This document shows, in pieces, positions 17,601 through 26,444 of a stretch of DNA of 32,000 bases (positions are counted from its first letter, which is position 1; every line of letters starts with the position of its first letter). This DNA is from Ferroglobus placidus DSM 10642 (GTDB taxonomy: Archaea > Halobacteriota > Archaeoglobi > Archaeoglobales > Archaeoglobaceae): assembly GCF_000025505.1 (NCBI RefSeq), contig NC_013849.1, positions 810,001-842,000 on the forward strand, given 5' to 3'. The notes below the pieces were generated by a model. The model worked only from the letters and a program-made list of their open reading frames with translations, was not told where the DNA came from and searched no databases. The translations under genes were made by a program, and so were the position numbers.

Positions 17601-17789
17601 ATGGATCTCGAAAACCTTTACTGCGCGAGGTGCGGTTCGGAGTTCGATCTGAAAATTAAGAGGACTACGGGCTACACTGGAGTCTTGCACATACCAAACC
17701 TCTACTGCCCGTTTTGCGGCAGCAGGAGGCTGACGAAAAAGCACGGTATTCTCTTCTTCATCGAAGAGGAGAGAAGATGGAGAGGGTAG
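17601..17789 (+). CDS. Small zinc-ribbon-like protein
   Basis: Two CxxC pairs: YCARCGSEF and YCPFCGSRR in a 62-aa ORF. Confidence 0.6.
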   Translation: MDLENLYCARCGSEFDLKIKRTTGYTGVLHIPNLYCPFCGSRRLTKKHGILFFIEEERRWRG

Positions 17790-18355
17790 AGGAATACCTC
17801 AAAATCATCTACGACATCCAGAGGAGTAAGAATAGGCTCGTGAGAACGGGAGAGATAGCGAAAAAACTTAAAGTTAAACCGGCAAGCGTAACGGAGATGC
17901 TCGCGAAGCTTCAAAAGGAAGGCTACGTTGACTACCAGCCTTACAAAGGAGTTACGCTTACGAAAAAAGGGGAGGAGATCGCGAAAAGGATAAAGGAGTA
18001 TCACTTAATTTTCGAAAAATTTCTCGTGGAATTCGTGGGGTTGGACAAAGAAGTCGCTCACGAGATAAGCTGCAAAATCGAGCATGTCGCAAATGAAGAT
18101 GCGATAAGGAAAATCTGCCACTTCATTTCCCAGAACTGCGATCTATGTGAAGAATGCGAATACAACGCAAGCTCTCTCGAAAGAGTTGACAGCGGAAGAT
18201 TTAAAGTTCTCGCAGCTCCGAGTTACCTCGAAACTCTGGGAATTAAAGTTGGAGGGAAAGTAGAAGTTAAAGAGGGAGAGGTTTTAATCGACGGAGAAAG
18301 GGTTAAGCTTTCGGATGAAATTAAGAGGAAGGTTATAGTGATTAAAGATCAATAG
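17777..18355 (+). CDS. DtxR-family metal-dependent regulator (probable start ATG at 17777; ORF track starts at 17714)
   Basis: MERVEEYLKIIYDIQRSKNRLVRTGEIAKKLKVKPASVTEMLAKLQKEGYVDYQPYKGVTLTKKGEEIAKRIKEYH...EVAHEISCKIEHV. Confidence 0.9.
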   Translation: MERVEEYLKIIYDIQRSKNRLVRTGEIAKKLKVKPASVTEMLAKLQKEGYVDYQPYKGVTLTKKGEEIAKRIKEYHLIFEKFLVEFVGLDKEVAHEISCKIEHVANEDAIRKICHFISQNCDLCEECEYNASSLERVDSGRFKVLAAPSYLETLGIKVGGKVEVKEGEVLIDGERVKLSDEIKRKVIVIKDQ

Positions 18356-19004
18356 CCCCGTTGTTCACAGCAATTCCGGAAGCAAGGGAAATTGCTGAAA
18401 GCCCGGACTTTTCGCAAACGTCTATTGCGGAATTCAAAATGGCTGCTTTCGAAACGACAAGAGGAATTCCAGCCCTAACGCACTTCAGCGCTATGCCTTT
18501 GGTTATCCTCCCGGAAAGAACCAAGTAGCTTTCGGAAAAGTCCACTCCGTTTTTGTAAGCCTTACCAATTGCCTTGTCAACTGCGTTGTGTCTTCCGACG
18601 TCGTAGGAAATGTAAGCTCTCTCGTTTATCACAGCCGCTGTATGGTAAGCCCTCGTCTTCTTATAAAGTTCGGTCTCGATAACTTCAAGAGATTTCAAAA
18701 CTTGGTCGAGTTTAAACTTCCTTTTGGGAGAAACCTTACCTACTTTCTCGTCGACGTATATTCCTATGCATCCGGAGGAATTGATGGAAAGGATTACCTC
18801 CTTGACGTTCTCTATTACTCCCACGTCTCCCTCCACGTAAACTACCGGCTTCTCGCTCAATCCCTCGCTTATGGAGAAGCCTATTAACAGCTCTTCTAAA
18901 TCGTTCGGGGAGCACATCATTCTGAACACTCTTCCTCCAGCGATAACTTTCAGCTCTATTTCCTCTCCTATTTCCAACGGCTTCCCTATCCTGACCACGT
19001 CCAC
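18342..19004 (-). CDS. fdhD: Formate dehydrogenase accessory protein FdhD
   Basis: PNDLEELLIGFSISEGL, YHTAAV...DVGRHNAVDKAIGKA, LVLSGRITKGIALKCVRAGIPLVVSKAA. Confidence 0.88.
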   Translation of the reverse strand: MDVVRIGKPLEIGEEIELKVIAGGRVFRMMCSPNDLEELLIGFSISEGLSEKPVVYVEGDVGVIENVKEVILSINSSGCIGIYVDEKVGKVSPKRKFKLDQVLKSLEVIETELYKKTRAYHTAAVINERAYISYDVGRHNAVDKAIGKAYKNGVDFSESYLVLSGRITKGIALKCVRAGIPLVVSKAAILNSAIDVCEKSGLSAISLASGIAVNNGAIDL

Positions 19005-19041
19005 AAAACCGTTTTATTCTCACTAAAGATTACTTTTTCGA

Positions 19042-19890
19042 ATGAGGATCGTAAACCTAAGACTTGAAGATAAAATCGTCGAAAAACTCGACGAAATCTC
19101 ATCGAAGTTCTTAATATCGAGGAGCGAGCTTATAAGGCAGGCGATAGTGATGTACCTTTCAGCTCTCGAGAACCTCGGTTTCTACTTTAAACCTTCCGTA
19201 CTGTTACCAAAACTGGACGTTTACGAGGAGAGAAACTCTATATCGATAGACTTCGGAAACTTTACCTCGTTGACTGTTCTTTCTTTCAGCTACGCTGGAG
19301 TTGGAGAGAAGGAGAGAGATCTGAAGGTTGAGCTCGAAAGAGTTGCGGAAATTTTAGCGAATCAAGTAAAGGTGGAAAGCCTAACGAGATTCGTCGAACC
19401 TTTCGTCGGTTTGCTTTCGACCGGAAACGACATAGAATACAGCCTCAGGTTTTTCAGACTTTTAAAGAACTTTCTAAACTTCAGATTGATTATCGCAAGC
19501 TCCGAAAACGTCATGGAAACCAAAGAGTCCTTTTTCTCTTTAACCGTTGTCGGGATGAGGGACATGAAGGTCAGAAATTCTCCGAAGAGGGGAGAGAAGA
19601 TTTTCCTCTACGGCAAAATTTTGAAGGAGAAGGAGCTGGTAAAAGAGAGAGGAATTGATGTAAAGCTCGTTGAAAAGCTTGTTGAATTCGTTAAAAACGG
19701 AAAAGCGAGTTCGATTTTCGCTGTGAAAAGCGACGGGCTTCTTCAAACCTGCAGCATGGCAGCTTCCTTAGCCGGGGGAAAGCTCGTTATGAAGAAAAGA
19801 GACGAAAAGGGATGTCCAGCCACAGCCGTCATAGTTACTGCTGAAGAAATGCCATTACCCGGAGGAATCGAGGTCGGAGAGATAGTTTAA
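19042..19890 (+). CDS. Ribbon-helix-helix (CopG-like) N-terminal domain fused to uncharacterised C-terminal domain
   Basis: MRIVNLRLEDKIVEKLDEISSKFLISRSELIRQAIVMYLS is a RHH signature; the remaining ~240 aa has no confident assignment (possible PurM-like fold). Confidence 0.75.
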   Translation: MRIVNLRLEDKIVEKLDEISSKFLISRSELIRQAIVMYLSALENLGFYFKPSVLLPKLDVYEERNSISIDFGNFTSLTVLSFSYAGVGEKERDLKVELERVAEILANQVKVESLTRFVEPFVGLLSTGNDIEYSLRFFRLLKNFLNFRLIIASSENVMETKESFFSLTVVGMRDMKVRNSPKRGEKIFLYGKILKEKELVKERGIDVKLVEKLVEFVKNGKASSIFAVKSDGLLQTCSMAASLAGGKLVMKKRDEKGCPATAVIVTAEEMPLPGGIEVGEIV

Positions 19891-20562
19891 CTTCTCCCTG
19901 TTTGCCATTTTGTGAGCCTCTCTAATCGGAATAGGAAGCTTGTAGTTTCTTATAGTAGCCACCACAACTCTCAAAGCCGTCTCTGGAGAGATCATGTTTC
20001 CCGGAGATACGTAAATCGGATTGCATCTCGCGCAAGGTTTGTAGGCGTAGCCGATCAGCTCGTCGTTAAAAATTCCTTTGCTTTCCCCGCTCCTTTTCGG
20101 CTCTTCGAATTTCCCGTAGAGGGGTCTTTTCGTCACTCCTATGCTCGGATTTCTCAAAGCAACTCCGACGAAAGTTGCTAATCCGCACTTTCTCGGGTGA
20201 GCGATTCCACTTCCGTCGACAATTATAACCGTCTTCTCCCTCAAAACCTTCTTAACAGCTTCGACAGCAGAATCTCCCTCTCTAAACATCAGGAAAGTGG
20301 GGATGTAAGGGAAGTCGACCTTTCTTAAATCGACACCCGAATCAATAAATCTCAAATCCGGAAAGCTCATCAGCACTGCTGCGGAAACGACGAACTCTTT
20401 GTCACCTTTCTTGAAAAAAGCTTGGTCGACGCCGACGACGTACTTAATCTCCTCGTAATTAAAAGCATCTTCTAAAACGACTTCTTCAGCTATTTTTTTC
20501 TGTAGCTCCACGAGCTTATTCAAATTCCCATCTCGCAGAGAGGAAAGTTGGTCCTCTAACAT
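19855..20562 (-). CDS. nfi: Endonuclease V
   Basis: YVVGVDQAF, FREGDSAVEAV, VIIVDGSGIAHPRKCGLATFVGV, IGVTKRPLYG. Confidence 0.9.
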   Translation of the reverse strand: MLEDQLSSLRDGNLNKLVELQKKIAEEVVLEDAFNYEEIKYVVGVDQAFFKKGDKEFVVSAAVLMSFPDLRFIDSGVDLRKVDFPYIPTFLMFREGDSAVEAVKKVLREKTVIIVDGSGIAHPRKCGLATFVGVALRNPSIGVTKRPLYGKFEEPKRSGESKGIFNDELIGYAYKPCARCNPIYVSPGNMISPETALRVVVATIRNYKLPIPIREAHKMANREKLNYLSDLDSSG

Positions 20563-22087
20563 CTATCTTTCCTCCCCTCGAAACGATATAGTTCCTCAGC
20601 TTTTCGTCAATCTCAATGTTTATGTCTCTCGGAGATTCGACAACCCTAACTCTTATTTCCCCGTTCTCCCTTTTAATTAGACTCTCCTCGATTTTAGCTG
20701 CTACGAGGTACGAAAAAGCGTCGACGTATCTTATTCCGGTCTCAACACCATTTTCGAAGTACTCCAACCACTCATCAGTTTTCGGAATGCCGTAAATGCT
20801 ACCGTTGTAAACGACAAGCTCGTTAAAAGCTGCTGGTCCGCAGAGCTTGACTTTTTCTCTCTCCAAAACGTAAACTTTTAGATGAACCCCGAAGAAGTCT
20901 CCTTCGTAGGCTAAAAATTCGCAAGGACCAATTTCATCTCTATACCTTTCAAAAGCTCCGATAACAGCTTTTGCAATTTTAACGCCTTCTTTGCTTCTCG
21001 GAACTTCTCTAACCTTAATTCTCGACGCTATCTCCACGTCCGAGAGAGTTAAGTTGCTGTAAATCTGCGGATAAACGAGCTTTCTAACGTCCTCAGCTCC
21101 CTGAATAACCATAGCTAATCTCTCAACGCCCATGCCAAGGTTTAAAACCGGCACGTCTATGTCGTAATTGGCTAAAGCTACCGGAGAGTATATGCCGAAG
21201 GTCGCAACCTCGATCCACTCCTTTCTGGCTGGGTGGTAGATGTAAACTTCTGTCTGAGTGTTCGGGATGTAATACTTGCTCTTCTTCTCGTCCTCCTTAA
21301 ATTTCACCTTCTCGAAGCCGAAATGACTCAGCAAGGCTTGAGCTATCGCCTTCCCATCCTCAACGCTCACCTCTTCGTCGGCGTAAACGCAGCTCGCCGA
21401 AAAGTAAGTATACAGCCTGCTCGCATCCTCTCCCTGCTCTCTTCTAAAGCACCTGTCTATGCTGAAGAGCTTTATCGGGAGTGGATACTTATCTATTAGG
21501 TGGCTTAGAGTTATGAACCACCCGGTTGTCATGTGGCTTCTCAAAGTCAGGTTGTTGGCTACCGGCTTGAGCTCCTTGAACTCCGGAAAAACCTCGTCGA
21601 GAATTTTCAAAGCGGTTGTATCGTCGGTGTTTAAAACCTGAGAAATCTTGTAAGCGAGCTCGTCTCCTCCAAAAACGCCCTTCTTGTACAGATGAAAGAC
21701 TTTTCTCAGTCCTTCAGCGTCGAAGTCTCCGACAATTTCCCTTATTTTTTCTATTTGTTTCTCGGAAATTCCAACATTCGGTCTCGGCAAAGTTGCCAAG
21801 TAGAAGCACCTATCCAAAACAGCCAAAGCCTCTTTCCCGAACTGCTTTTTAACGTGAACATCTTCTACTATCAACGGGTTTATGACTTCCGTAAAGCCCA
21901 AAGACAAATAAGCCCTTCTCAATCTCTCTATAACCTCGTAAACGGGGTGAGGTCTTCCTATCGATATCAAATTTCTCGGATAAGCTTCGTTTAAGCTTAC
22001 TTCTTCAACTATCCCTTTTCCAGCCTTCCAAGCCTCTTCAAAGTCTTTTTCAGCCTTCTTCTTCCACTCTTCTGGATCAAACCTCAA
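20516..22087 (-). CDS. sepS: O-phosphoseryl-tRNA(Cys) synthetase
   Basis: GRPHPVYEVIERLRRAYLSLGFTEVINPLIVEDVHVKKQFG, LRSHMTTGWFITLS, FSIDRCFRREQGEDASRLYTYFSASCV. Confidence 0.95.
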   Translation of the reverse strand: MRFDPEEWKKKAEKDFEEAWKAGKGIVEEVSLNEAYPRNLISIGRPHPVYEVIERLRRAYLSLGFTEVINPLIVEDVHVKKQFGKEALAVLDRCFYLATLPRPNVGISEKQIEKIREIVGDFDAEGLRKVFHLYKKGVFGGDELAYKISQVLNTDDTTALKILDEVFPEFKELKPVANNLTLRSHMTTGWFITLSHLIDKYPLPIKLFSIDRCFRREQGEDASRLYTYFSASCVYADEEVSVEDGKAIAQALLSHFGFEKVKFKEDEKKSKYYIPNTQTEVYIYHPARKEWIEVATFGIYSPVALANYDIDVPVLNLGMGVERLAMVIQGAEDVRKLVYPQIYSNLTLSDVEIASRIKVREVPRSKEGVKIAKAVIGAFERYRDEIGPCEFLAYEGDFFGVHLKVYVLEREKVKLCGPAAFNELVVYNGSIYGIPKTDEWLEYFENGVETGIRYVDAFSYLVAAKIEESLIKRENGEIRVRVVESPRDINIEIDEKLRNYIVSRGGKIDVRGPTFLSARWEFE

Positions 22088-23456
22088 CTTTCCCCACCCT
22101 CTCCTCGACTATCTTTCCAAATGATATCAGTGCAGATTCGGAGAAATGATTACCCATCAGCTGCACTCCCACAGGCAATCCATCGACTTCCAAGAGAGGA
22201 ACGGACAAAGCGGGAATTCCAGCCAAGTTCGCCGGAACTGTGTTCACATCTGCATAGTACATCGTTACTGGATCTTTGATCTCACCGATCTTAAAAGCAA
22301 CGTCCGGCATTGTTGGAGAAATTAGGATGTCGAAGCTTTCGAAAGCTCTCTTAAAGTCGTTTATTACGAGAGTCCTGACTTTCAAAGCTTTCAGGTAGTA
22401 CTTTCCGTAGTAGCCGGTGGATAAAGCGAAGCTGCCCATCATAATTCTTCTCTTCACCTCTTCTCCAAAACCTTCAGCTCTGACCTTGGCGAAAAACTTC
22501 CTCCAGCTGTCCAATTTTTCGAGGGTGTAGCCATATCTTACTCCGTCGTACCTTGCTAAGTTAGAAGAGGCTTCGCTCATCGCAATTACGTAGTAAGCCG
22601 GCAGAGCGTAATTCAAAGAGGGCAAGCTTATCTCCTTAACTTTCGCCACTTTTTTAAGCTTCTCAACGAATTCCTCAAAAGCTGCCATTACCTTCTCGTT
22701 CGCCTTCATCTCCTTAACTATACCAACTTTGAAATCTTTCTCGACGAACTCGAATCTAAACTCTCTTCCAGCATTTGTCGAATCTCTCTGATCCCTTCCG
22801 GCTATAACTTCAAGGAGTAAAGCCAAATCGTCCAGACTGGCAGCCATCGGACCTATCTGCTCTAAAGAGTTGGCATAGGGAATTAAACCGTACCTCGAAA
22901 CCAATCCGTAAGTCGGCTTCAGTCCGTAAACTCCGGTAAACGAAGCCGGACACCTTATGCTCCCTCCGGTATCGCTTCCGAGAGATAAAACCGTCTCTCC
23001 TCCAGCAATAGACGATGCACTTCCACCACTGCTTCCTCCAGCCACTCTGCTTTCATCCCTCGGATTTCTCACAACTCCGAAGTAAGAGGTTTCAGTTGTC
23101 GTTCCCATGGCAAATTCGTCCATGTTCGTCTTCCCAACGATTATCGCCCCTTCTTCCTTCAACCTCTCGACGACGTGAGCATCAAAGGGAGGAACGTAAT
23201 CGTGAAGCATTTTTGAAGCGCAAGTCGTTCTTATTCCGGCTGTGGATATGTTGTCCTTTATCGCCACAGGAATTCCCGCAAGTTTTCCTTTTAGCTTTCC
23301 CTTCTCGTATTCCTCAGCCTGAGAAAGAGCGATTTCTTCGGTTACCGTGATGAACGAGTTGTACCTGTTCTTTTTAACCTCTTTCATCAGCTTTTCCACG
23401 CAGTTTAAAGCTCCTTCACTCTCAACTCTCTCCTTCCACTCAGCCACGCTAATCAT
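22077..23456 (-). CDS. gatA: Glu-tRNA(Gln)/Asp-tRNA(Asn) amidotransferase subunit A
   Basis: LAGIPVAIKDNISTAGIRTTCAS, GKTNMDEFAMGTTTETSYFG, VAGGSSGGSASSIAGGETVLSLGSDTGGSIRCPASFTGVYGLKPTYG. Confidence 0.96.
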   Translation of the reverse strand: MISVAEWKERVESEGALNCVEKLMKEVKKNRYNSFITVTEEIALSQAEEYEKGKLKGKLAGIPVAIKDNISTAGIRTTCASKMLHDYVPPFDAHVVERLKEEGAIIVGKTNMDEFAMGTTTETSYFGVVRNPRDESRVAGGSSGGSASSIAGGETVLSLGSDTGGSIRCPASFTGVYGLKPTYGLVSRYGLIPYANSLEQIGPMAASLDDLALLLEVIAGRDQRDSTNAGREFRFEFVEKDFKVGIVKEMKANEKVMAAFEEFVEKLKKVAKVKEISLPSLNYALPAYYVIAMSEASSNLARYDGVRYGYTLEKLDSWRKFFAKVRAEGFGEEVKRRIMMGSFALSTGYYGKYYLKALKVRTLVINDFKRAFESFDILISPTMPDVAFKIGEIKDPVTMYYADVNTVPANLAGIPALSVPLLEVDGLPVGVQLMGNHFSESALISFGKIVEERVGKVEV

Positions 23457-23734
23457 TCGACCACCTTCGGACCTTTGAAATATCCCTCCTCTTTGTGCTT
23501 TGCGTTCATTAAAACGAGTTCTCTCGGCAAACTTTCCTTCGGTTCGTCTTTCCTAAACACGTTTTTGAGGGGAAGGACGTGATAAGTGGGAGGCACATCT
23601 GGGTCTATCTCGTCAAGCTTGTCGAAAAACTCCAGTATCTTTTTGAAGTCTCGAGCGAATTTTTCAACCTCATCTTCTCTCAATTCAATCTTCGCAAGTT
23701 CCGCAACGTGAAGAACCGTACTTCTATCCACCAT
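23453..23734 (-). CDS. gatC: Glu-tRNA(Gln)/Asp-tRNA(Asn) amidotransferase subunit C
   Basis: VLHVAELAKIELREDEVEKFARDFKKILEFFDKLDEIDPDVPPTYHVLPLKNVFRKDEP; overlaps gatA. Confidence 0.93.
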   Translation of the reverse strand: MVDRSTVLHVAELAKIELREDEVEKFARDFKKILEFFDKLDEIDPDVPPTYHVLPLKNVFRKDEPKESLPRELVLMNAKHKEEGYFKGPKVVE

Positions 23735-23957
23735 CCTTTCTCAGCTTTTGCTCTCTGTTTAAAAAAGTTCAGATAGCATGCCACTTTTGGACGAAATTCT
23801 CCGGTGATATCAGATAAGTTTTTTGGAACGCTGGTCATGGCTAATATTCTTTCCTCAAGCTTTGCAGTTTTGAAAATGAAATCTCTCCGTAAAGAATCGG
23901 AGGCAAGCATTGGTAAAAGATGAGAAGAGAAGAATCAACTAAATCCTTCAAAAATTT

Positions 23958-24541
23958 ATGATTTTAGTAGTTTTTGTTTTGTTAATTTCGGGGTGCTCTT
24001 CCCAGAGCAAACCAAAAACCCTTGAGCCGTATAAAATTGAGGATTCCAGTTATCTCGAAAAAGTAAAGAACGATCTTTCTCGTACTACGCCATCGATTTG
24101 GATTTGAATAAGAAAGTTTTATTTGGTCAATTTCAGGATGCCGAAGTTGAGCTTGCTGATTACAAGGAAGTTAAGGAGATCGACTTTCCCGGAGCAGGTA
24201 AGCTTAAAGCCGTAGAAAATTCGAAAATCCTATACTTTCACTTGAAAGTTAAAAGACTTTCAGGAGAGTATACAAATCACATAATCAACGCCTACATCTT
24301 CGGTCTTGCCTGCGATGAGAACTTTTCTTATTGCTACAGCTTAGACTTCGGAAAAAGAGAGCCAGAAGAAGGGATCATCATTGGTGAAGGAGAAAAAGAT
24401 TTTTACGTTGCGGGTTCCGTGCCAGAGAATGAGAAGCTGGATTATGCGGTTTTCTACTATGTTTTTTACGGTAAAGAAACCACTGGAGCTTCTCCGGGGA
24501 GTATCTTTTATTTTGCAAAGTTCAGAATAAGTGGTAAATGA
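23958..24541 (+). pseudogene. Predicted lipoprotein split by an apparent frameshift
   Basis: Frame 1 from ATG 23958: MILVVFVLLISGCSSQSKPKTLEPYKIEDSSYLEKVKNDLS... ends at 24107; frame 2 continues ...YYAIDLDLNKKVLFGQFQDAEVELADYKEVKEIDFPG... to 24541. The signal/lipobox and the body are in different frames. Confidence 0.65.
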
Positions 24542-24550
24542 GTGATAGCT

Positions 24551-24858
24551 ATGATCAAGATAAAAAGAATTTATGACGAACCAACTGAAGAGGACGGATT
24601 TCGGATACTGATAGACAGGCTCTGGCCAAGGGGGATTAAAAAGGAGAAGCTAAAATCGATTTATGGCTGAAAAAGATCGCTCCTTCAAATGAGCTTAGAA
24701 AATGGTTCTCCCATAAGAAAGAGCGATGGGAGGAGTTTAAAAAGAAGTACGAAGAACGTGGAACGATAACCCTTCTGTTTTCAGCAAGGGATGTTAAACA
24801 TAATAATGCGGTCGTTTTGAAGGAAGTGTTAGAGGACGAAAGTAACGACATCACCTAA
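24551..24858 (+). pseudogene. DUF488 family protein split by a frameshift and shortened
   Basis: Frame 1: [35 protein letters not shown]; frame 2: [68 protein letters not shown]. Together they read as a DUF488 protein. Confidence 0.82.
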
Positions 24859-24946
24859 AAAGTTGCCATAGTTTTCAGCTCCCACTCAAATGCCTCCAGC
24901 GACTCTAACAATAATGTTTATATTACCTCGTTCAAAGTTAGAGGCG

Positions 24947-25585
24947 ATGAGGTATGAAGCCGGCGTTTTACTCGTTTTAGCTGCACTCGTTCTCTTCGCA
25001 GCCGGATCGTACATAGGACTTGTTATTCTTCCTCCGTCTCCAGAAAAAATCCTCGAAAACAACTACAGAATAATTTTCTTCCACTTACCAGCAGCCATCA
25101 ACTCGTTTTTAGCCTTCACGGTCACGTTAATTTCCGGAATACTCTACTTGAAAACGAGGAACTCAAAGTTCGACATTCTCGCCTCTTCGTCAGCTTTGGT
25201 TGGTTTCGTTTACATAACAGCCGCTTTGATAAGCGGAAGCATATGGGCGAACAGAGCTTGGGGGACTTACTGGAACTGGGATCCAAGAGAGACGACTGTC
25301 CTGATTCTCTGGTTCGTCTACGCAGCTTATTTCGCTTTACGCTCTTCCATAGACAATCCGGAAGATAAAGCGAGGATCTCTTCGATCTACGCTATTTTCG
25401 CGTACGTCACCGTTCCTCTAAGCTATCTATCGACGAGGTTGTGGTTTTCTCTGCATCCGACAACGGCGGAAATTCACATAAAAATAGCCGTCCCCCTCGT
25501 GCTGAACATTTTAGCCTTCGCACTCCTCTACATCGCTCTAACCTACATAAACTACAAAGCTGAAAAGATTATGGAGGTGGTGTGA
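24947..25585 (+). CDS. ccmC: Cytochrome c biogenesis protein CcmC-like (likely start 24947; ORF track starts 24890)
   Basis: IIFFHLPAAINSFLAF, SGSIWANRAWGTYWNWDPRETTVLILWFVYAAYFALR, RLWFSLHPTTA. TATA-like TTTATATTA about 30 nt before 24947. Confidence 0.9.
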   Translation: MRYEAGVLLVLAALVLFAAGSYIGLVILPPSPEKILENNYRIIFFHLPAAINSFLAFTVTLISGILYLKTRNSKFDILASSSALVGFVYITAALISGSIWANRAWGTYWNWDPRETTVLILWFVYAAYFALRSSIDNPEDKARISSIYAIFAYVTVPLSYLSTRLWFSLHPTTAEIHIKIAVPLVLNILAFALLYIALTYINYKAEKIMEVV

Positions 25586-25698
25586 TGGACGATTTCACAG
25601 CTGTGTTTGCAGCCTCGATGGTTGTAATGTTTTTAATTTTCGCCTTAACAGTTTACAGCTTCGTGAAACTCAAGAAAATAGAAAAGATGCTGAAATAA
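25585..25698 (+). CDS. Small single-TM CcmD-like protein, 37 aa (not in the ORF track)
   Basis: Manual translation MDDFTAVFAASMVVMFLIFALTVYSFVKLKKIEKMLK*; TGATG junction with ccmC and one hydrophobic helix followed by a basic tail. Confidence 0.65.
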   Translation: MDDFTAVFAASMVVMFLIFALTVYSFVKLKKIEKMLK

Positions 25699-26397
25699 TT
25701 AAATTTCGTAGAACTCGCCGGGCTTCAATATCACTACTTTAACGTCCAGCCCTCTTTCCTCAACGGCTTTCTTGAACTCCTCGGGATTCTTCTCGATGAC
25801 AGGGAAGGTGTTGTAGTGCATCGGAATTGCTACCTTCGGCTTTACGAGCTCAACGGCTTTTGCAGCAGCTTCGATTCCCATTGTGTACCAGTCTCCGATT
25901 GGAACAAGCATAACATCTGGCTTGTAAAGCTCTCCGATCAGCTGCATGTCCAAGAACACGTCCGTGTCTCCGCAGTGGTAAACTCTAACTCCATCTATTT
26001 CTATCACAAAACCAGCCGGGTCTCCGGCTGAAATAATCGTATCGTCCTCCTCGACATCGGAAGAGTGAACTGCTTTGACCATCGTGACTTTTACTCCGTT
26101 AACTTTAGCTGTCCCACCTATGTTCATCCCCACAGCTTCCACGCCCTTCTTAGCCAAGATTCTTGAAAGTTCGTGGATGCAAACGATGGGCACGTCGTTG
26201 TTCTTCGCAATTTCAACGGCATCTCCCAAATGGTCTCCGTGTCCGTGGGTTACGGCGACTAAATCCACCTTTATGTCCTCCACCTTCACCGGCGAAAGCG
26301 GGTTTCCGGTTATGAAAGGATCGACCACTACTTTTTTACTCCCTTCGATAAGGAAGGCTGCATGCCCCAACCACCACACCTTCACCACTTCAACCAC
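25699..26397 (-). CDS. Metal-dependent hydrolase, UPF0173 / beta-lactamase superfamily
   Basis: VWWLGHAAFLIEG, VTHGHGDHLGDAVEIA, VYHCGDTDVFLDM, IPMHYNTF. Confidence 0.92.
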   Translation of the reverse strand: MVEVVKVWWLGHAAFLIEGSKKVVVDPFITGNPLSPVKVEDIKVDLVAVTHGHGDHLGDAVEIAKNNDVPIVCIHELSRILAKKGVEAVGMNIGGTAKVNGVKVTMVKAVHSSDVEEDDTIISAGDPAGFVIEIDGVRVYHCGDTDVFLDMQLIGELYKPDVMLVPIGDWYTMGIEAAAKAVELVKPKVAIPMHYNTFPVIEKNPEEFKKAVEERGLDVKVVILKPGEFYEI

Positions 26398-26444
26398 CTC
26401 CGGAAAGAAATTCTCCTCTCTGCTTAAAGCTGTTTCAGTCTGTA

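Noticed and set aside
19855-23734. nfi-sepS-gatA-gatC cluster as a novel tRNA-linked system
   Set aside because: Individually well-known archaeal genes with small overlaps; nothing in sequence suggests more than a housekeeping arrangement.
23680-23910. Minus-strand ORF 23680..23910 upstream of gatC
   Set aside because: No recognisable family and it overlaps the gatC start; kept out for lack of support.
24098-24541. ORF 24098..24541 as a complete protein starting at TTG
   Set aside because: The preceding lipobox-bearing frame fits better as its true N-terminus, so this start is probably an artefact of the frameshift.
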